Positions 1 through 11,988 of a stretch of DNA of 64,000 bases are shown in pieces. The notes under the pieces are model-generated. The model saw nothing but the letters and a program-made list of their open reading frames with translations. It ran no database searches and was not told the origin of the DNA. Numbering within the stretch: the stretch's first letter is position 1; each line of letters opens with the position of its first letter. This DNA comes from an uncultured delta proteobacterium (GTDB lineage: Bacteria > Desulfobacterota > Syntrophobacteria > Syntrophobacterales > Syntrophobacteraceae), in assembly GCA_963808625.1 (NCBI GenBank), contig CAWEHK010000008.1, forward strand, positions 32,001 through 96,000, written 5' to 3'. The translations under genes and the position numbers were made by a program.

Positions 1-1804
1 TCTCTGGCTGAAGGTGCCCCGGCGACTGTCTTCGCCGCTCAGCCGAACCGGGGTCCCTTCCGACAGGAGCGAGGCGAAGGCCAGCATCTCCGCAGTGGCC
101 CAGTCGATGTCCTGACCCTTCTTGACGGTTTCCAGTCGCCGCTCCAGAATGCGCTGAAGCCGCGAGTGCACGCTGAAACCTTCCGGATACACGTGGGCCT
201 TTTCCGCAAGGGAAACCAGCCGCTCCTGCACGAGCCCCGTCGGCACCGGCTCGTGTGAGTATTTCCCGTCAAGACCTCCCCAATCTTCAAAAAACGTCAT
301 GAATGGCGGGACACAAGCTTGTTCTTGAGCACTCTTGTGAGCGGCTTCCAGGCATTGGGTAATTCCGCTCTCAATCGTTTTGAGATCGTCCCCGGTCACG
401 ACCCCTTCAGCGATCAGCTTCTCGGCATAAATCTGGCTCGACGGAGGGCGATTCTTGATCCGTTCATACATCTGCGGCTGGGTATAGTAGGGTTCGTCGC
501 CCTCGCTGTGACCGTAGCGCCGGTAGCACACGACATCGATCACGACATCCTTGGAGAATTCGCGCCGGTAATCGACTGCCAGCCTGGCCACATGGATTGC
601 GGCTTCCGGGTCCTCACCATGGACGTGAAAGATCGGCACCATGAGCATTTTGGCGACATCGGTGGAATACCTCGTGGAGCGGGCATCCTGCGGCAGCGTG
701 GTGAACCCGATCTGATTGTTGATGATGACGTGGAGGGTTCCTCCCGTGGTGTAGCCTTCCAACTGTGACAGATTCAGGGTCTCGGCAACGACGCCCTCGC
801 CGGCAAAGGCCGCGTCGCCATGGATCAGGATCGGCAGTACCGCTTGCCGGCCTTCGGCGCCAAAGGATTCCTGCCTTGCGCGCGCAATTCCCTCCACAAT
901 GGGGTCGACCGATTCCAGGTGACTGGCGTTCGCTGCCATCAAGATCCGCAAACCTTCAGCCTCTCGGATTTTGAGGTCGGCAAGGTAGCCCATATGGTAT
1001 TTGACATCTCCACTGCCCACCAGGGCATCCGGATCGTAACTGTCCTCAAATTGACAGAACACCGCTTCGTAAAGTTTTTCGAGCACGTTGGTCTGAACGT
1101 TCAGCCTTCCCCGGTGGGCCATTCCCAGGATGATTTCTTTGCAGCCATGTTCCGCTTCGTGGTGGGCAAGGGCATCGAGCATGGCGACGATGGCTTCTGC
1201 CCCTTCGATGGAGAAGCGTTTCTGACCCAGGTATTTGGTATGAAGGAACTGATCGAAGAGCGTTGCCTGTTGGAGCTTATTCAGGATGCGGATTTGTGCT
1301 TCCTTCCCGAGCCCGGGTCGATTCCGCTTCGGTTCCATCCGTTCCTGAAGCCAGAGCCGCTCAGCAGGGTCCTGCAGGTGCGATGTATTCGACCCCGATG
1401 GAGCGGCAGTAGGTCTCATGCAGCAGAGGAACGATCTCGCGCAGGGGCATCTGCTCCGCTCGAAAAGTGCCGGGTACAAAGAAGGTCCGTTCGAGGTCCT
1501 CCTCCGTGAGATCAAAAGCCGCCAGACTCAGTAATGGATGGTCGATGGGACAGGCCTCGAGCGGGTCCAGGCACGAAAGCAGATGACCGACATCACGGTA
1601 GCGATGAATCAGTTGTTCCACCCGGGATTGCCGCAGCACCTGGGTTTCTTCACAGATACCCGCGGCTCTGCATTCTCCGAGGGCGCCGAGGTCGAACCCC
1701 TCAAAAAAAATCTGCCAATCCCGGGGAATGCTGTTCGGGTCGGATTTCCACTGCTGATACTGGGAATCCACAAAATCGGCATTTAAAGCAAAGGGAATGT
1801 CCAT
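1..1804 (-). CDS. sucA: 2-oxoglutarate dehydrogenase E1 component (runs off window start; apparent frameshift near 1380)
   Basis: N-terminus MDIPFALNADFVDSQYQQWKSDPNS..W..FFEGF, then LIHRYRDVGH..CLDPL and YCRSIGVEY; continuation in another frame reads KRFSIEG, GMAHRGRLNV, GDVKYH, NPSHLEAVDPI, HGDAAFAGEG. Confidence 0.9.
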
Positions 1805-1877
1805 ATGATGGTATCCTTTGGAAACAAAAGGTCCGAATCTATCTGGCGGGACCTTAAAGCGGCACCATAGAAAGGAT

Positions 1878-2200
1878 TCACAGTTTTGCATAAAGTGAAG
1901 CTGGCAATACCTTCAGCAGCCAACCAATGAGACGCCACCGCTTTGTTATATAGCAGTGTTTTGCATTTCTCTGAATAGCTTTGTAAATCTGCCATGCAGC
2001 TTTTTGGGGTGGAGCGACCCAGAAAAGCCTTTCGCCCTTGGCCATTTGCGTATCCACAAATCCCGGCTGGATATCGGTAACCACAATCGGGAGGCCGGCC
2101 TTTGCGGCCCTGTTTCTTAGACCTTCCAGGTAGTTTGACATGAACGCCTTTGAGGCATGGCAAGCTCCCTGCCGATAACAGAACTTGCCCCGACAATAAT
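1878..2200 (-). pseudogene. C-terminal fragment of a short-chain dehydrogenase/reductase
   Basis: ASKAFMSNYLEGLR..VTDIQPGFVDTQM matches the SDR C-terminal half; no Rossmann GxxxGxG N-terminus; the catalytic YxxxK position reads CHASK. Confidence 0.6.
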
Positions 2201-2336
2201 GGCTCGTTTCATTTCGGCTGGTCCCTGTGCGTTCCGGATTATCGAAAAAGGGCATAAGTGAAAAGTGTGGGGAAGGTGGGCTACTCCACCCTCCCCTGCT
2301 ATGAGGAAGGGTGGAGTAGAGTTGCGGAAGAAATTA

Positions 2337-4916
2337 CTATCCCTTCTTGACCTCGAGCGGGCGTAGCACGGTGGTGACGGCGCTCATGGCTGCCGAGCAT
2401 TCTTTGAAGATGCGCATCATGAAGAGGAAGGCAACGGCATTCAGGGCGGCGAAGGTGATCCAGGCCTGCCCGACGGCAGCCCCGGCTGAAAGCCCGGCAA
2501 AGAGCAGGGCCAGGAAAATCCCCGCGGCCGTGCATTTTGGCCACGTCCGGAACCGCACCAGTTGCTTGCCGCCACCGTGTTCTTCCACCGCCATGAGCAC
2601 GCGGACCGACCCCAGCAGGCCACCGCGCAATTCCAGGTCCCACCGGTCATAGTCCCCGCCTCTCATGACCACCGTCCGCAGGGCCTTGATGCTTGCTTCA
2701 AGCGATTCGAGCCAGTCAATGGAGGACCTCCAGGTTTCACTCCAGAGGTTGAAGGTCTTCGGCCACGGCCATGGAACTGAAACTCCGGTCACTTCGCACC
2801 GGCGCCAGGGGGTGAGACCCAGGCGAATGCGCCCCCACAGGCGGACAAAGGGTTGCGCCATATGGAGATAAGCGGTCAGCGCACGCATCTTCATCAAGTC
2901 ACGCCGCGATTCAGGGGGCGTGGTAAACTGCGCGCGAATTCCACAAAAGACCGCGTGCACAAAAGGAACAATCATCGCCGCCAGCAGCAGAGGCACCGCC
3001 ACGAGCAACGGCGACCATTCGAGACCCAGCAGCGAGAGGCCCGTGAGCGCCGCTACCACCACGTACCACTCCGGCATCATGGGCAGGGAGCTCAGCAATC
3101 CCGAGGCCGGCTGATAGATGGACTGGAACAGGGCCGTGCCCCAGGTGCCCTGATACACGCGCCCGCGGAAGAACCCGAGAAGTTGCTCAAAACCCTTGAA
3201 GTAGAGCCGGCCCGCCCAGGGAATATGCCCCGCGGCGTTATACTTTTCCGGCCATTTCTTCTCCAGCATTGCCTCCGCTTTGCCGTAATTCATTTGCTGC
3301 TTCAGGTAAGCTTTCACCGAGTTGCGGCGATGGTGCCAGACCATTGCCGCCGGATTGAATCCCAGGGTCCAACCCTGCTGTTGGATGCGCCAGCACAGAT
3401 CGACATCGTCTCCGGCAATGCGGAAATTGACGTCAAAGCCGTTGACAGCCTCCAGCGCGGCCTTGCGAAAGGACATGTTGCAGCCGGGGATATGTTCCGC
3501 CACTTCATCCGTAAGGAGCACATGGACGGGTCCGCCGGGTGAATTGGCCACGCAATCGGCAACGGCGCCATCATTGCGGGGCGGCAGATTGGGACCGCCG
3601 ATGCCCATGTGGTTCGTTCTCAAATAACTTGCGGCAAGGTACGTCAGCCAATGGGGATCTGGGATCGCATCGTCATCGATATAGGCCACGATCTCCCCTT
3701 TGGCGGCGCGCATCCCGGTGTTCCGGGCGCTGCTCAGACCGCGGTTTTCCGTCGTAATCACCTGGATATCCGAACTCCTTCGCAATCGCCTCCGTCTGGT
3801 CTTTCGATCCGTCGTTGACAACGATGACTTCGTAGTTCGGATAGTCGAGTTTGCGGAGACCCTGCAGACAGTCACGAATGGTACGGGCGCCATTGTACGA
3901 GCAAACCACAACGGAGACGCTGGGCCAGGGCAAATCCGGAGGGAACGGGACTTCGGCGAAGGCTTTCCGAATCATTTCCAGGGACTGCTTCGGCTGCCGG
4001 TTGCGGTCGGTAAGTCCGAACCCCCAATCGTCAATGTCAAAACCGCCGCGATGCCATTCATCCGTCCAGGCAAAGACAAAAACCCCCGCACAACCGGCCG
4101 CAAAGGTGGAACGGATCTGCCATTCCAGCGTCGAGGCTTGTTTGTCCTCGCCGTTTCGCATACTGTCGAGGCCAATCTCGGCCATCAGACAGGGGGCGGT
4201 CTCCGGCAAGGTTCTGAAGGCGGGCCAGATAGCCGTCAAGCTTCTCCTGGGTTTCCAGGTAGACATTAAAAGAGACAAAATCCACGAACGGTAACTGCAA
4301 ATATTCGGTGGTCGGGAAGTTGACGTAGGTGACCAGGGCTTCAGGATCTTCGTCCTTGGTAGCCTGGTAGAGCCGCTCAAGGAAGGCCTCAATGCGGTGA
4401 TGGCCGTACCAGCGCACGATGGAAGCCGGGATTTCATTGCCGATGGTGTAACAGAGCAGTGCCGGGTGTCCCGCACAGGCACGCACCCCCTCGCGGACAC
4501 GGCGCTCGATGTCGCCGGCAAGTTTCTTGCTGTCGAGAAACGTGATGTGTTCCTCCCACGGCAGTCCGATCATGATGCGCAGGCCGTGGCGCTGAGCCAC
4601 ATCGAGGAGCCAACGCGGCGGTACGGTATAGACGCGAACCGCGTTGATCCCGTGTTCCGCCATTTGGGCGAAGTCCCGATCGACGGTTTCGGGGTCGTGG
4701 TATTCACACCCGTTTTCATCCGGACGAAACGGGCCATAGGTTACGCCGCGCACATAAAATTTCTCTTCGCCAACAAAAATGAACTTTCCCTCGACCTTGG
4801 GTCTGATCCCCTCAACAACCGGGATACTCTTCGGGGGTTCAAGAAAGAACTGTGCAATCCCGCTCGCGCCCGGGGTCTTTGGGAAATACCGGCCGGAGGA
4901 TCACACCTTCATCCAT
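2337..4916 (-). CDS. Glycoside-hydrolase-like TIM barrel fused to family 2 glycosyltransferase with C-terminal membrane domain (several apparent frameshifts)
   Basis: Joined ORFs 4058-4753, 3673-4521, 2337-3911: RGVTYGPF, GINAVRVY, IGNEIP, VVCSYNG, VNDGSKD, YIDDDA (DxD), GCNM, GDDVDLCWR, then TM helices. Confidence 0.8.
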
Positions 4917-5140
4917 TTTACCCTTCTGCAAATCATCCCGATAGATTTTGCCGGGCCACTCCTCGGCCGGGCTTGTTCCTCACCGCGACGGTTTTCCTTG
5001 CGGACAAAAGGCCTTACTACTCCACCCGCCTCGGGACCGGCTTCCACTGGAAGATCGCCGGGAACATGCCCGGCTTGATCATCGGTGAGAAGGTCCTCAG
5101 CTATGCTGGACAGTTCGCTCTGCAATGCTGGTTTTGCCAT
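4901..5140 (-). CDS. Small hypothetical protein
   Basis: ORF MAKPALQSELS.. preceded by GAGGAG RBS, lying between a sigma54 promoter and the GT gene. Confidence 0.35.
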   Translation of the reverse strand: MAKPALQSELSSIAEDLLTDDQAGHVPGDLPVEAGPEAGGVVRPFVRKENRRGEEQARPRSGPAKSIGMICRRVKWMKV

Positions 5141-5229
5141 GTGCTCCTCACTTTCACGCCTGTTCTTTAAACTCACAACCGAGTATCGGCCTCGGTCTCC
5201 TTTTCTGGAATGAACCGCTCATCCTTAGG

Positions 5230-5244
5230 GCAACAACTGTGCCA
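5230..5244 (-). promoter_or_regulatory. Sigma54 (-24/-12) promoter
   Basis: Minus strand TGGCAC-AGTTG-TTGC matches the consensus TGGCAC-N5-TTGC. Confidence 0.75.
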
Positions 5245-5309
5245 GGGTATAACCGGTATGGGTTAACGCCGTGTTCCCGGCCTGAGATCGCCTGTCCATG
5301 AACCTGCCA

Positions 5310-5347
5310 GTTACGATTCTTGCACACGCGGTTACGATTCCTGCACA
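5310..5347. promoter_or_regulatory. Tandem direct-repeat operator, candidate activator binding site
   Basis: GTTACGATTCTTGCACA and GTTACGATTCCTGCACA with 21-bp period, 66-103 bp upstream of the sigma54 promoter. Confidence 0.55.
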
Positions 5348-5403
5348 GTTGCCCCTTTGACATTTCCGATGTCCCTTGGTAGGCTTCCGAACCTGTCGGG
5401 AAG

Positions 5404-5569
5404 TCTGTGACTTCTCAATCAGGATGAGCCAATCCGTCACCCCCGCATGCTTTTAGCGGGAGTCCAGGGATCAGAACGACCCTGGATTCCCGCTAAAAGC
5501 ATGCGGGAATGACGGCATGGGACTCTCGTGGCTCGTTGTGTGACCCTACGGTTATTAAGAAGTCACAGA
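5404..5569. repeat. MITE/REP-like palindromic element
   Basis: Outer inverted repeat TCTGTGACTTCT(C/T)AAT; inner palindrome CCCGCATGCTTTTAGCGGGA...TCCCGCTAAAAGCATGCGGG. Confidence 0.7.
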
Positions 5570-5594
5570 AATTTCACGATTCGGATTGGTTCGG

Positions 5595-6579
5595 ATGGAC
5601 CCAGTGCTTTTGGAAGTAAAAGACCTTCAGACTTATTTCTTCACCGAAAGGGGTACGGCCAGGGCTGTCGATCGGGTGAGCTTCCGGGTCCCTGAAGCGC
5701 AGGTCTTCGGGATTGTCGGGGAGTCCGGATGTGGCAAGAGCATGACGGCCCTCTCCATCATGCGCCTGATTCCGTCGCCCCCCGGCAGAATCGTGGGAGG
5801 AGAGGTCTGGTTCAACGGTACGAACCTTCTTGCCATCTCTGAAAGCGAGATGCAGTCGCTGAGGGGAAACAAGATTTCGATGATTTTTCAGGAGCCGATG
5901 ACCGCTCTCAACCCGGTTTTTCGGGTTGGCGACCAAATTGCCGAGGTGATCGAACGGCATTTCGCGATTACCAGGAAGGAAGCGCTGACCCGGGCCGCCG
6001 AACTCCTGGCAAAGGTGGGCATCCCGCTTCCGGCCGCAAGGATGAGGGACTACCCGCACCAGATGAGCGGCGGCATGCGCCAGCGGGTCATGATTGCCAT
6101 GGCCATTGCCTGCCATCCCAGGTTGATCATGGCCGATGAACCCACGACCGCCCTCGACGTCACCATTCAGGCCCAAATTCTGGAATTGTTGAAGCAGCTT
6201 CAGGAAACCATCCGGACCACCATTCTTCTCATCACCCATGATCTTGGGGTCGTCGCCGAAATCGCCGAACAGGTGCTGGTCATGTATGCGGGGCGGATGG
6301 TGGAGGAAGCGCCGGTGGTCGATCTCTTCCATCATCCCCTGCACCCTTACACCCAGGGGACTGATGCGCTCGATCCCCGGGCGTGCCTCGAGCACCGAAA
6401 GCAGGCGCCTGGAGGCGATTCAGGGCGTGGTGCCCAGTCTTTTTGCGCTGCCTTCCGGGTGCAAATTCAATACGCGCTGTCCTTATGCCTTCGAGCGTTG
6501 CTTCCATGAGCCGGAACCCGACCTTCGAACACCGCTCGGCGGTCATCCCGTCCGCTGCTGGTTGTATGAGGAGGCTTGA
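5595..6579 (+). CDS. Oligopeptide/dipeptide ABC transporter ATP-binding protein (DppD/OppD-like; frameshift ~6360)
   Basis: [31 protein letters not shown]-terminal [12 protein letters not shown]. Confidence 0.88.
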
Positions 6580-6611
6580 GATGCCAGAATTAGCCACTTC
6601 GGGACCACCTT

Positions 6612-7582
6612 ATGATGAGCATCTTGCTCGTTGTCCGCAATATTAAGAAGTACTATCCGCTGAGCAGCGGGTTCCTGCGCCGGGAAGCGGGAATGGTAAG
6701 GGCGGTGGACGGGGTCGATATGACGGTGCGGAGAGGGGAAACGCTGGGGCTGGTAGGAGAGAGCGGGTGCGGCAAATCCACCCTGGGCCGCGTAATCCTG
6801 AGGCTGGAAGAACCGACCGAAGGGGAGATCGCCTTCGCCGGGCAAAGCCTCGTCGGCCTGGCTCGCAACGAAATGCACACGCTCAGGAGACGGATGCAGA
6901 TTATTTTTCAGGACCCCTACTCTTCTCTCAACCCGCGCCAGACAGCGGGTCGCATCGTTGGCGAGGGATTGAACATCCACCAGGTTGGGACCCCTGCGGA
7001 ACGTAAAGAACGAGTGCGCTATCTGATGGAAGTTGTGGGCCTCCAGGCGGACGACCTCAACCACTACCCGCATGAATTCAGCGGCGGCCAGCGCCAGCGC
7101 ATCGGCATCGCGCGGGCGCTCGCGCTCCAGCCCGAGTTTATCATCTGCGACGAACCGCTGTCGGCCCTGGATGTCTCCATTCAGGCCCAGATCATCAATC
7201 TCTTGCAGGACCTTCAGGAACAACACCAGCTCACCTATCTCTTCATCTCTCATGATCTTTCGGTCGTGCGTCACATCAGCGACCGGGTTGCCGTCATGTA
7301 CCTGGGCTGCCTTGTGGAACTCGCCGCAAAACAAGAACTCTTTGATCAGCCCCTGCATCCTTACACAAAGCTCTGCTTCAGGCGATCCCCGTGCCCGATC
7401 CGGTCGCCGCGAGGAGAGCAAGGCCAATTGTCCATGAACCCGACACCCAGCCAACGGTCCTCGGCTGCCGCTTCGAACCGCGCTGCCCGCAGGCAATAAG
7501 CTCATGCAAGACCGAAAGGCCCCCCTTGGTGCAGTGCGGATCCAATCACTGGGTGAGGTGCTTCCTGTTTTCTGATGCGTAG
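6612..7582 (+). CDS. Oligopeptide/dipeptide ABC transporter ATP-binding protein (DppF/OppF-like; frameshift ~7375)
   Basis: [26 protein letters not shown]-terminal GCRFEPRC. Confidence 0.88.
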
Positions 7583-7664
7583 AGGGTAAGTGAAGACTGA
7601 GCTTTACCGACCTGGCCCAGCCGGAGATTACAAGGCGAAGGAGAGAGGGGGTAGCGGCAGGCGC

Positions 7665-9297
7665 TTAAAATTGCATCTTCAAAACGGTTTCTACGAGATG
7701 ATTTTGGCGACTATCGCCGATCTGCATGTTGTAGTTTTCAATCGTCTCAAATCCGTAGCGGGTCATGAGACTCAGCGATCGATCAAAGAAAGTAAATGTC
7801 AAGTCGGTAGCATATTGAATGACTTTCTCCTCCGTAAAACCCAGCATCACTCCTCTCACCATATAATCGTAGTCAAGGCCAAACCGAATGTCGTTGGTCA
7901 GGTAATAGGTCGAGCGCAGGTAGAAATCCTCAGCGTCGGGGCCCAGGTGGTGCCCCATGATCATGTCGTCGTGGGTATATCCCGAACGGTACTGGCTGTG
8001 AGCGTACCACATGCCGGGGGTAGGATCGGTCGGGTAATAATTGCTTAAGAATTCCACCCGCAAATCGAGCCGGCCATCGTCGGTCACGCTGGGACAGTAG
8101 AATCCGAGCATCCAGGCGATATCTTTAATGAGAATATTCCATGGGTGTTGATAATCGCCAAAGCCGCTGTCATCCCCTCCGTATTCCAGGTAGAGCTGGG
8201 TATTGCGCAACCATGGAATGTATAAGCGAAAGTCGAAGACCGTCAACTGGTTGGAGTTCGGAAGCGAGGCTCCCGCCGAAGAGTCTAAGAAAATCGGAGG
8301 GTTTAAGCGATGGAACACCTTCCCCGCCGAACTGAACGGCGGAGCTGAACCCCATCTCAAAAATTGAGGAAGGCTTAAAATTGATGCGCCACCCCATAAG
8401 ATTTGCATTGGGAGGATTTTCATACCCGGCCTCTTGAGACAGAAAGAAAACGTACTTGAAGGGGCCGAGATATTTGAAAATCCAGGGCAGGAGCGTGGGT
8501 TCGGGATTGGAGAGTTTGACCATGGTAAGGGGAAAAGCATTGTTCGTCATGATTTCGTCCCCGTGATGCCCTTGCCCCCACCACAGGGAGTCTCTCCCCC
8601 CTTGAATTTCGGTATTCCATCCCGTCAGCTTGGCATAGCCCGCGAGCAGGTCCACCTCGGAACCGGTCGAACCATACAGGCCCACCGGGTTCTCGCGAAC
8701 GACGGCGATAGGCTCGACATAAGCGGAAAAGAAATCGCGGAATCCAAGAATGGAGGAGAACTGAAATGAAAAATTACTGCCTGCCCCGTACATGATTCCG
8801 TCGTTGTTGTAGACAAGAGGAGTCCCTTCGGTCGCCAGAATTCCCGCACTGCTGCCGGGATATTGCCGGTAATTCTTGCCCTGGTTTATGAACTTCCTTG
8901 GTTCACCGTCAACATAGGCGTAGCGCATCTGCACTTCATCCACCGGCTTTATGAAACTCTTCTGGAGGATGTCCGTGGTCTTGCCGACCAGCGGCAGTTC
9001 CTGCCTGAATTCCTTGTCGAGGTCCCGCAGGAGAGTTTCGACCAGTGGCGGAAGGGTAATTCCCTTGAGTTCTCTTCCCACGTGCGCTTCATGGATCAGG
9101 CGCGCCATTTCCAGGCGTGAATAGGGGCGGGTGCCGTGCAAGCGGGAATCAATCAACCCGAACCCTTCCAACTTATCCAGCGCCTCATAGGACCAATCCC
9201 CCAGGGGAACATTTACCGAGGAAAAGGCAAGCACATTCGAGCAGCAGCTTGACAGGAGCAGCACCAGAAAAGCCAGAACCCTCAAAAACAGAAACAT
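7665..9297 (-). CDS. Capsule assembly Wzi-family outer membrane protein (frameshift ~8260)
   Basis: Signal peptide, SVNVPL..W.YEALDKL, RPYSRLEMARL, GRDSLWWGQG, GYT..D.IMGHHLG, terminal F. Confidence 0.75.
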
Positions 9298-9380
9298 TCA
9301 CAAGCCTTCTGAATCGTTCAATGAACACCCCGGAGAAAGGCCGACATGCGCAATCCCGTCAACGACGAACGGTCGGGTAT

Positions 9381-9989
9381 TCAATCAGCTTTACTGACAA
9401 TGGTCAAGTCCTCCTCCTTGATTTCCGAGACCGGACCGGCCAGGTGTGAACCATAGCGCGCAAACATCCAGAGCTCGGGGATGATCTCCGAGATGATTTC
9501 GCCGTCATCGAACACACGCACGATGGAACTCTCGGAAACGACCACCGCGACGGCATTGGTCTGTTTGGTGATCGAGGCCGCCGCCACATGTCTGCTGCCC
9601 AGCCCGAGGGGGAGCTGGATTCCCTCTGAAAAGGCATCGATGTATCGGCACGCAGAGATGATGACACCCGCGTCCGAGACGACAAAGGCGCCGTCAAGTT
9701 GAGCCAATTCTTTCACCGTTTCCCGCATGTCGGGAAGATGAATGAGTTTGAATTCATCGGGGTGTCCAAAAAGGGGATCCAGAATAAGACTTCTCGAGTG
9801 TTTCAAGACTTCCACGGAGTCTCCGACCACAAACATTGTGCCGATTTTTCTGCCCTCCCTGCCTTCCCGAGCGATTTCGACGGCGAGGATGACGGTATGT
9901 TTCAGGGTCTCGGGATTGATTCCCCGTTTTTCGTTGCAAATCCCGCAGAAAATCTCCTCGGGAGTTCGCATCATTTTATGCTTTGGCAT
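9381..9989 (-). CDS. Stand-alone diadenylate cyclase (DisA_N/DAC domain)
   Basis: EGREGRKIGT, KELAQLDGAFVV (DGA), GLGSRHVAAA, VVSES. Confidence 0.8.
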   Translation of the reverse strand: MPKHKMMRTPEEIFCGICNEKRGINPETLKHTVILAVEIAREGREGRKIGTMFVVGDSVEVLKHSRSLILDPLFGHPDEFKLIHLPDMRETVKELAQLDGAFVVSDAGVIISACRYIDAFSEGIQLPLGLGSRHVAAASITKQTNAVAVVVSESSIVRVFDDGEIISEIIPELWMFARYGSHLAGPVSEIKEEDLTIVSKAD

Positions 9990-10352
9990 CAGTTGGCTGC
10001 TCCTCTCTTCTGGCGTAAGCGTTAGCGTAAGTCACCGGAGCTACAAGTACCGTGAAAAAGGTCCGTACAGCAATTTCAAAAATGCGCGCCTCCGCTCCTT
10101 ATACTGGCGCCTCTTCGGTGTTTCAAGCAATTTCCCTGTCATGAAACCCGCGGCAAACCATGCAGGCTTGCGCCGGCCTTTCTGCCGGCTGCTCTGGCGA
10201 CCGCTGACCACCAGCAATCGACCACGGATGAATTTTGACATCCTTCAGGATATAGTGCATATAAAGATCGGACTGATGTGGTGCGCGGGTTTATGGTTTA
10301 TGGTGGCTGGTCCGCGAGGAATGCCAAGGAAGAGGAAAGGTTTTTGAAGATT

Positions 10353-11907
10353 ATGGTTCCACGGAAGACCAAGCCGGTGCTGGTCGTGGGAGCTACCGGG
10401 CTACGTCGGGGGGCGGCTGGTGCCGGAGCTCCTTGAGCAAGGATACCGCGTCCGGGCCATGGCGCGATCCATGGCCAAGCTGGCAAACCGGCCATGGGCG
10501 TCCCATACCAATCTAGAAGCGGTCGAAGGTGACGTGCAGGAGCTCGATTCGCTCAGGAGAGCAACAGCGGGTTGTGGGGCCGCGTTCTATCTGGTTCACT
10601 CGCTGACCTCGGCCAACAAGAACTTCGTTGAAGCCGACCGCATGTCAGCGCAGAACATGGTCACGGCAGCAGCCGAAGCAGGTCTGGAAAGGATCATTTA
10701 TCTGGGAGGGCTGGGGAGAACAACCGATCCCTGTTTGAGCACTCATCTGCGGTCAAGGCACGAAGTCGCACGCATTCTCCAGTCCGGACCGGTGCCGACA
10801 ACCCTGCTCCGTTCGGCCATGATTCTCGGGTCGGGGAGTGCTTCCTTCGAAATGCTGCGCTATCTGGTCGACCGTATGCCCATCATGTTTACCCCGCCAT
10901 GGGTTCACACGCCGGTCCAGCCCATCTCCATCCGCAATATCCTGAACTACCTGGCGGGGTGCCTGGAACATGATGAAACCATCGGCCAAGCCTATGACGT
11001 CGGCGGCCCCGATGTCCTGACCTATGAAGGTCTCATCCAGATTTATGCGGAGGTTGCCGGCCTCAAGCGACGCCGGATCATACCCCAGCCGTTTATCACT
11101 CCCCGCATGAGCGCCCTCTGGATCCATGTTATCAGTCCCATTCCGGCATCACTCGCTCAACCGCTCGTGGAAGGACTGTTGAACCAGGTGGTATGCCTGG
11201 ACACCCGCATCCAAACCATCATTCCTCAGGAGCTCCTGGATTCCAGAGAAACCATTCGCCGAGCCCTCGAGAAAACGCAGTTGCAGCGCGTTGAAGGCTG
11301 CTGGACGGACGCGGGAGAATTGCACCCGCCGGAGTGGACGCAAATCGGCGATGCCGCATATGCCGGGGGGACCGTCAAGGAGTGTGGCTATCGCATCCGC
11401 CTCAAGGCCAGTCCTCAGGAAGTCTGGGAACCGATTGTGAGGATCGGCGGTCTGACGGGCTGGTACTACGGCGAACGACTCTGGAAAATGAGAGGGTGGC
11501 TGGACCTCATCGTAGGCGGCATGGGACTGAGACGAGGGAGGCGGGCTTCAACCGAGCTTTATGTTGGCGACGCCCTCGATTTCTGGCGGGTGCTGGATCT
11601 GGCGGCCCCTTATCGCCTGGTGCTCCTCTCCGAGATGAAGCTCCCCGGGGAGGCCATCCTGGAATTTACGATTACTCCTTGCGGGCCTGAAGAAACCGAA
11701 CTGCAGCAACTTTCCCGCTTTGTCCCAAAAGGCTTTGCCGGTCTTTGCTACTGGTATACCCTCTATTTTCCTCACCACTGGCTGTTCCGGGGGATGCTCC
11801 GAACCATCGCCAGGGCTGTAGGAAAACCTTTATTGGAGGGCCCGCTGCCGTTTATCCCGGAATTGCGATGGACCTGTCCCATCGGGAATGGAGCAAGCGC
11901 GGACTGA
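10353..11907 (+). CDS. NAD(P)-binding SDR/epimerase with C-terminal DUF2867 (YbjT-like; frameshift ~10400)
   Basis: VLVVGATG.VGGRL, YLVHS, IYLGGLG, GSGSASFEM, IGG..GWY, DFWRV, EMKLPG. Confidence 0.85.
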
Positions 11908-11988
11908 TCAGGGACGGGCCACCGCCGACCAGTGCTGTCGATACAATTTCATTGAGAATATTTTTTTGAGTCAAAGGAGGAGTCAATC

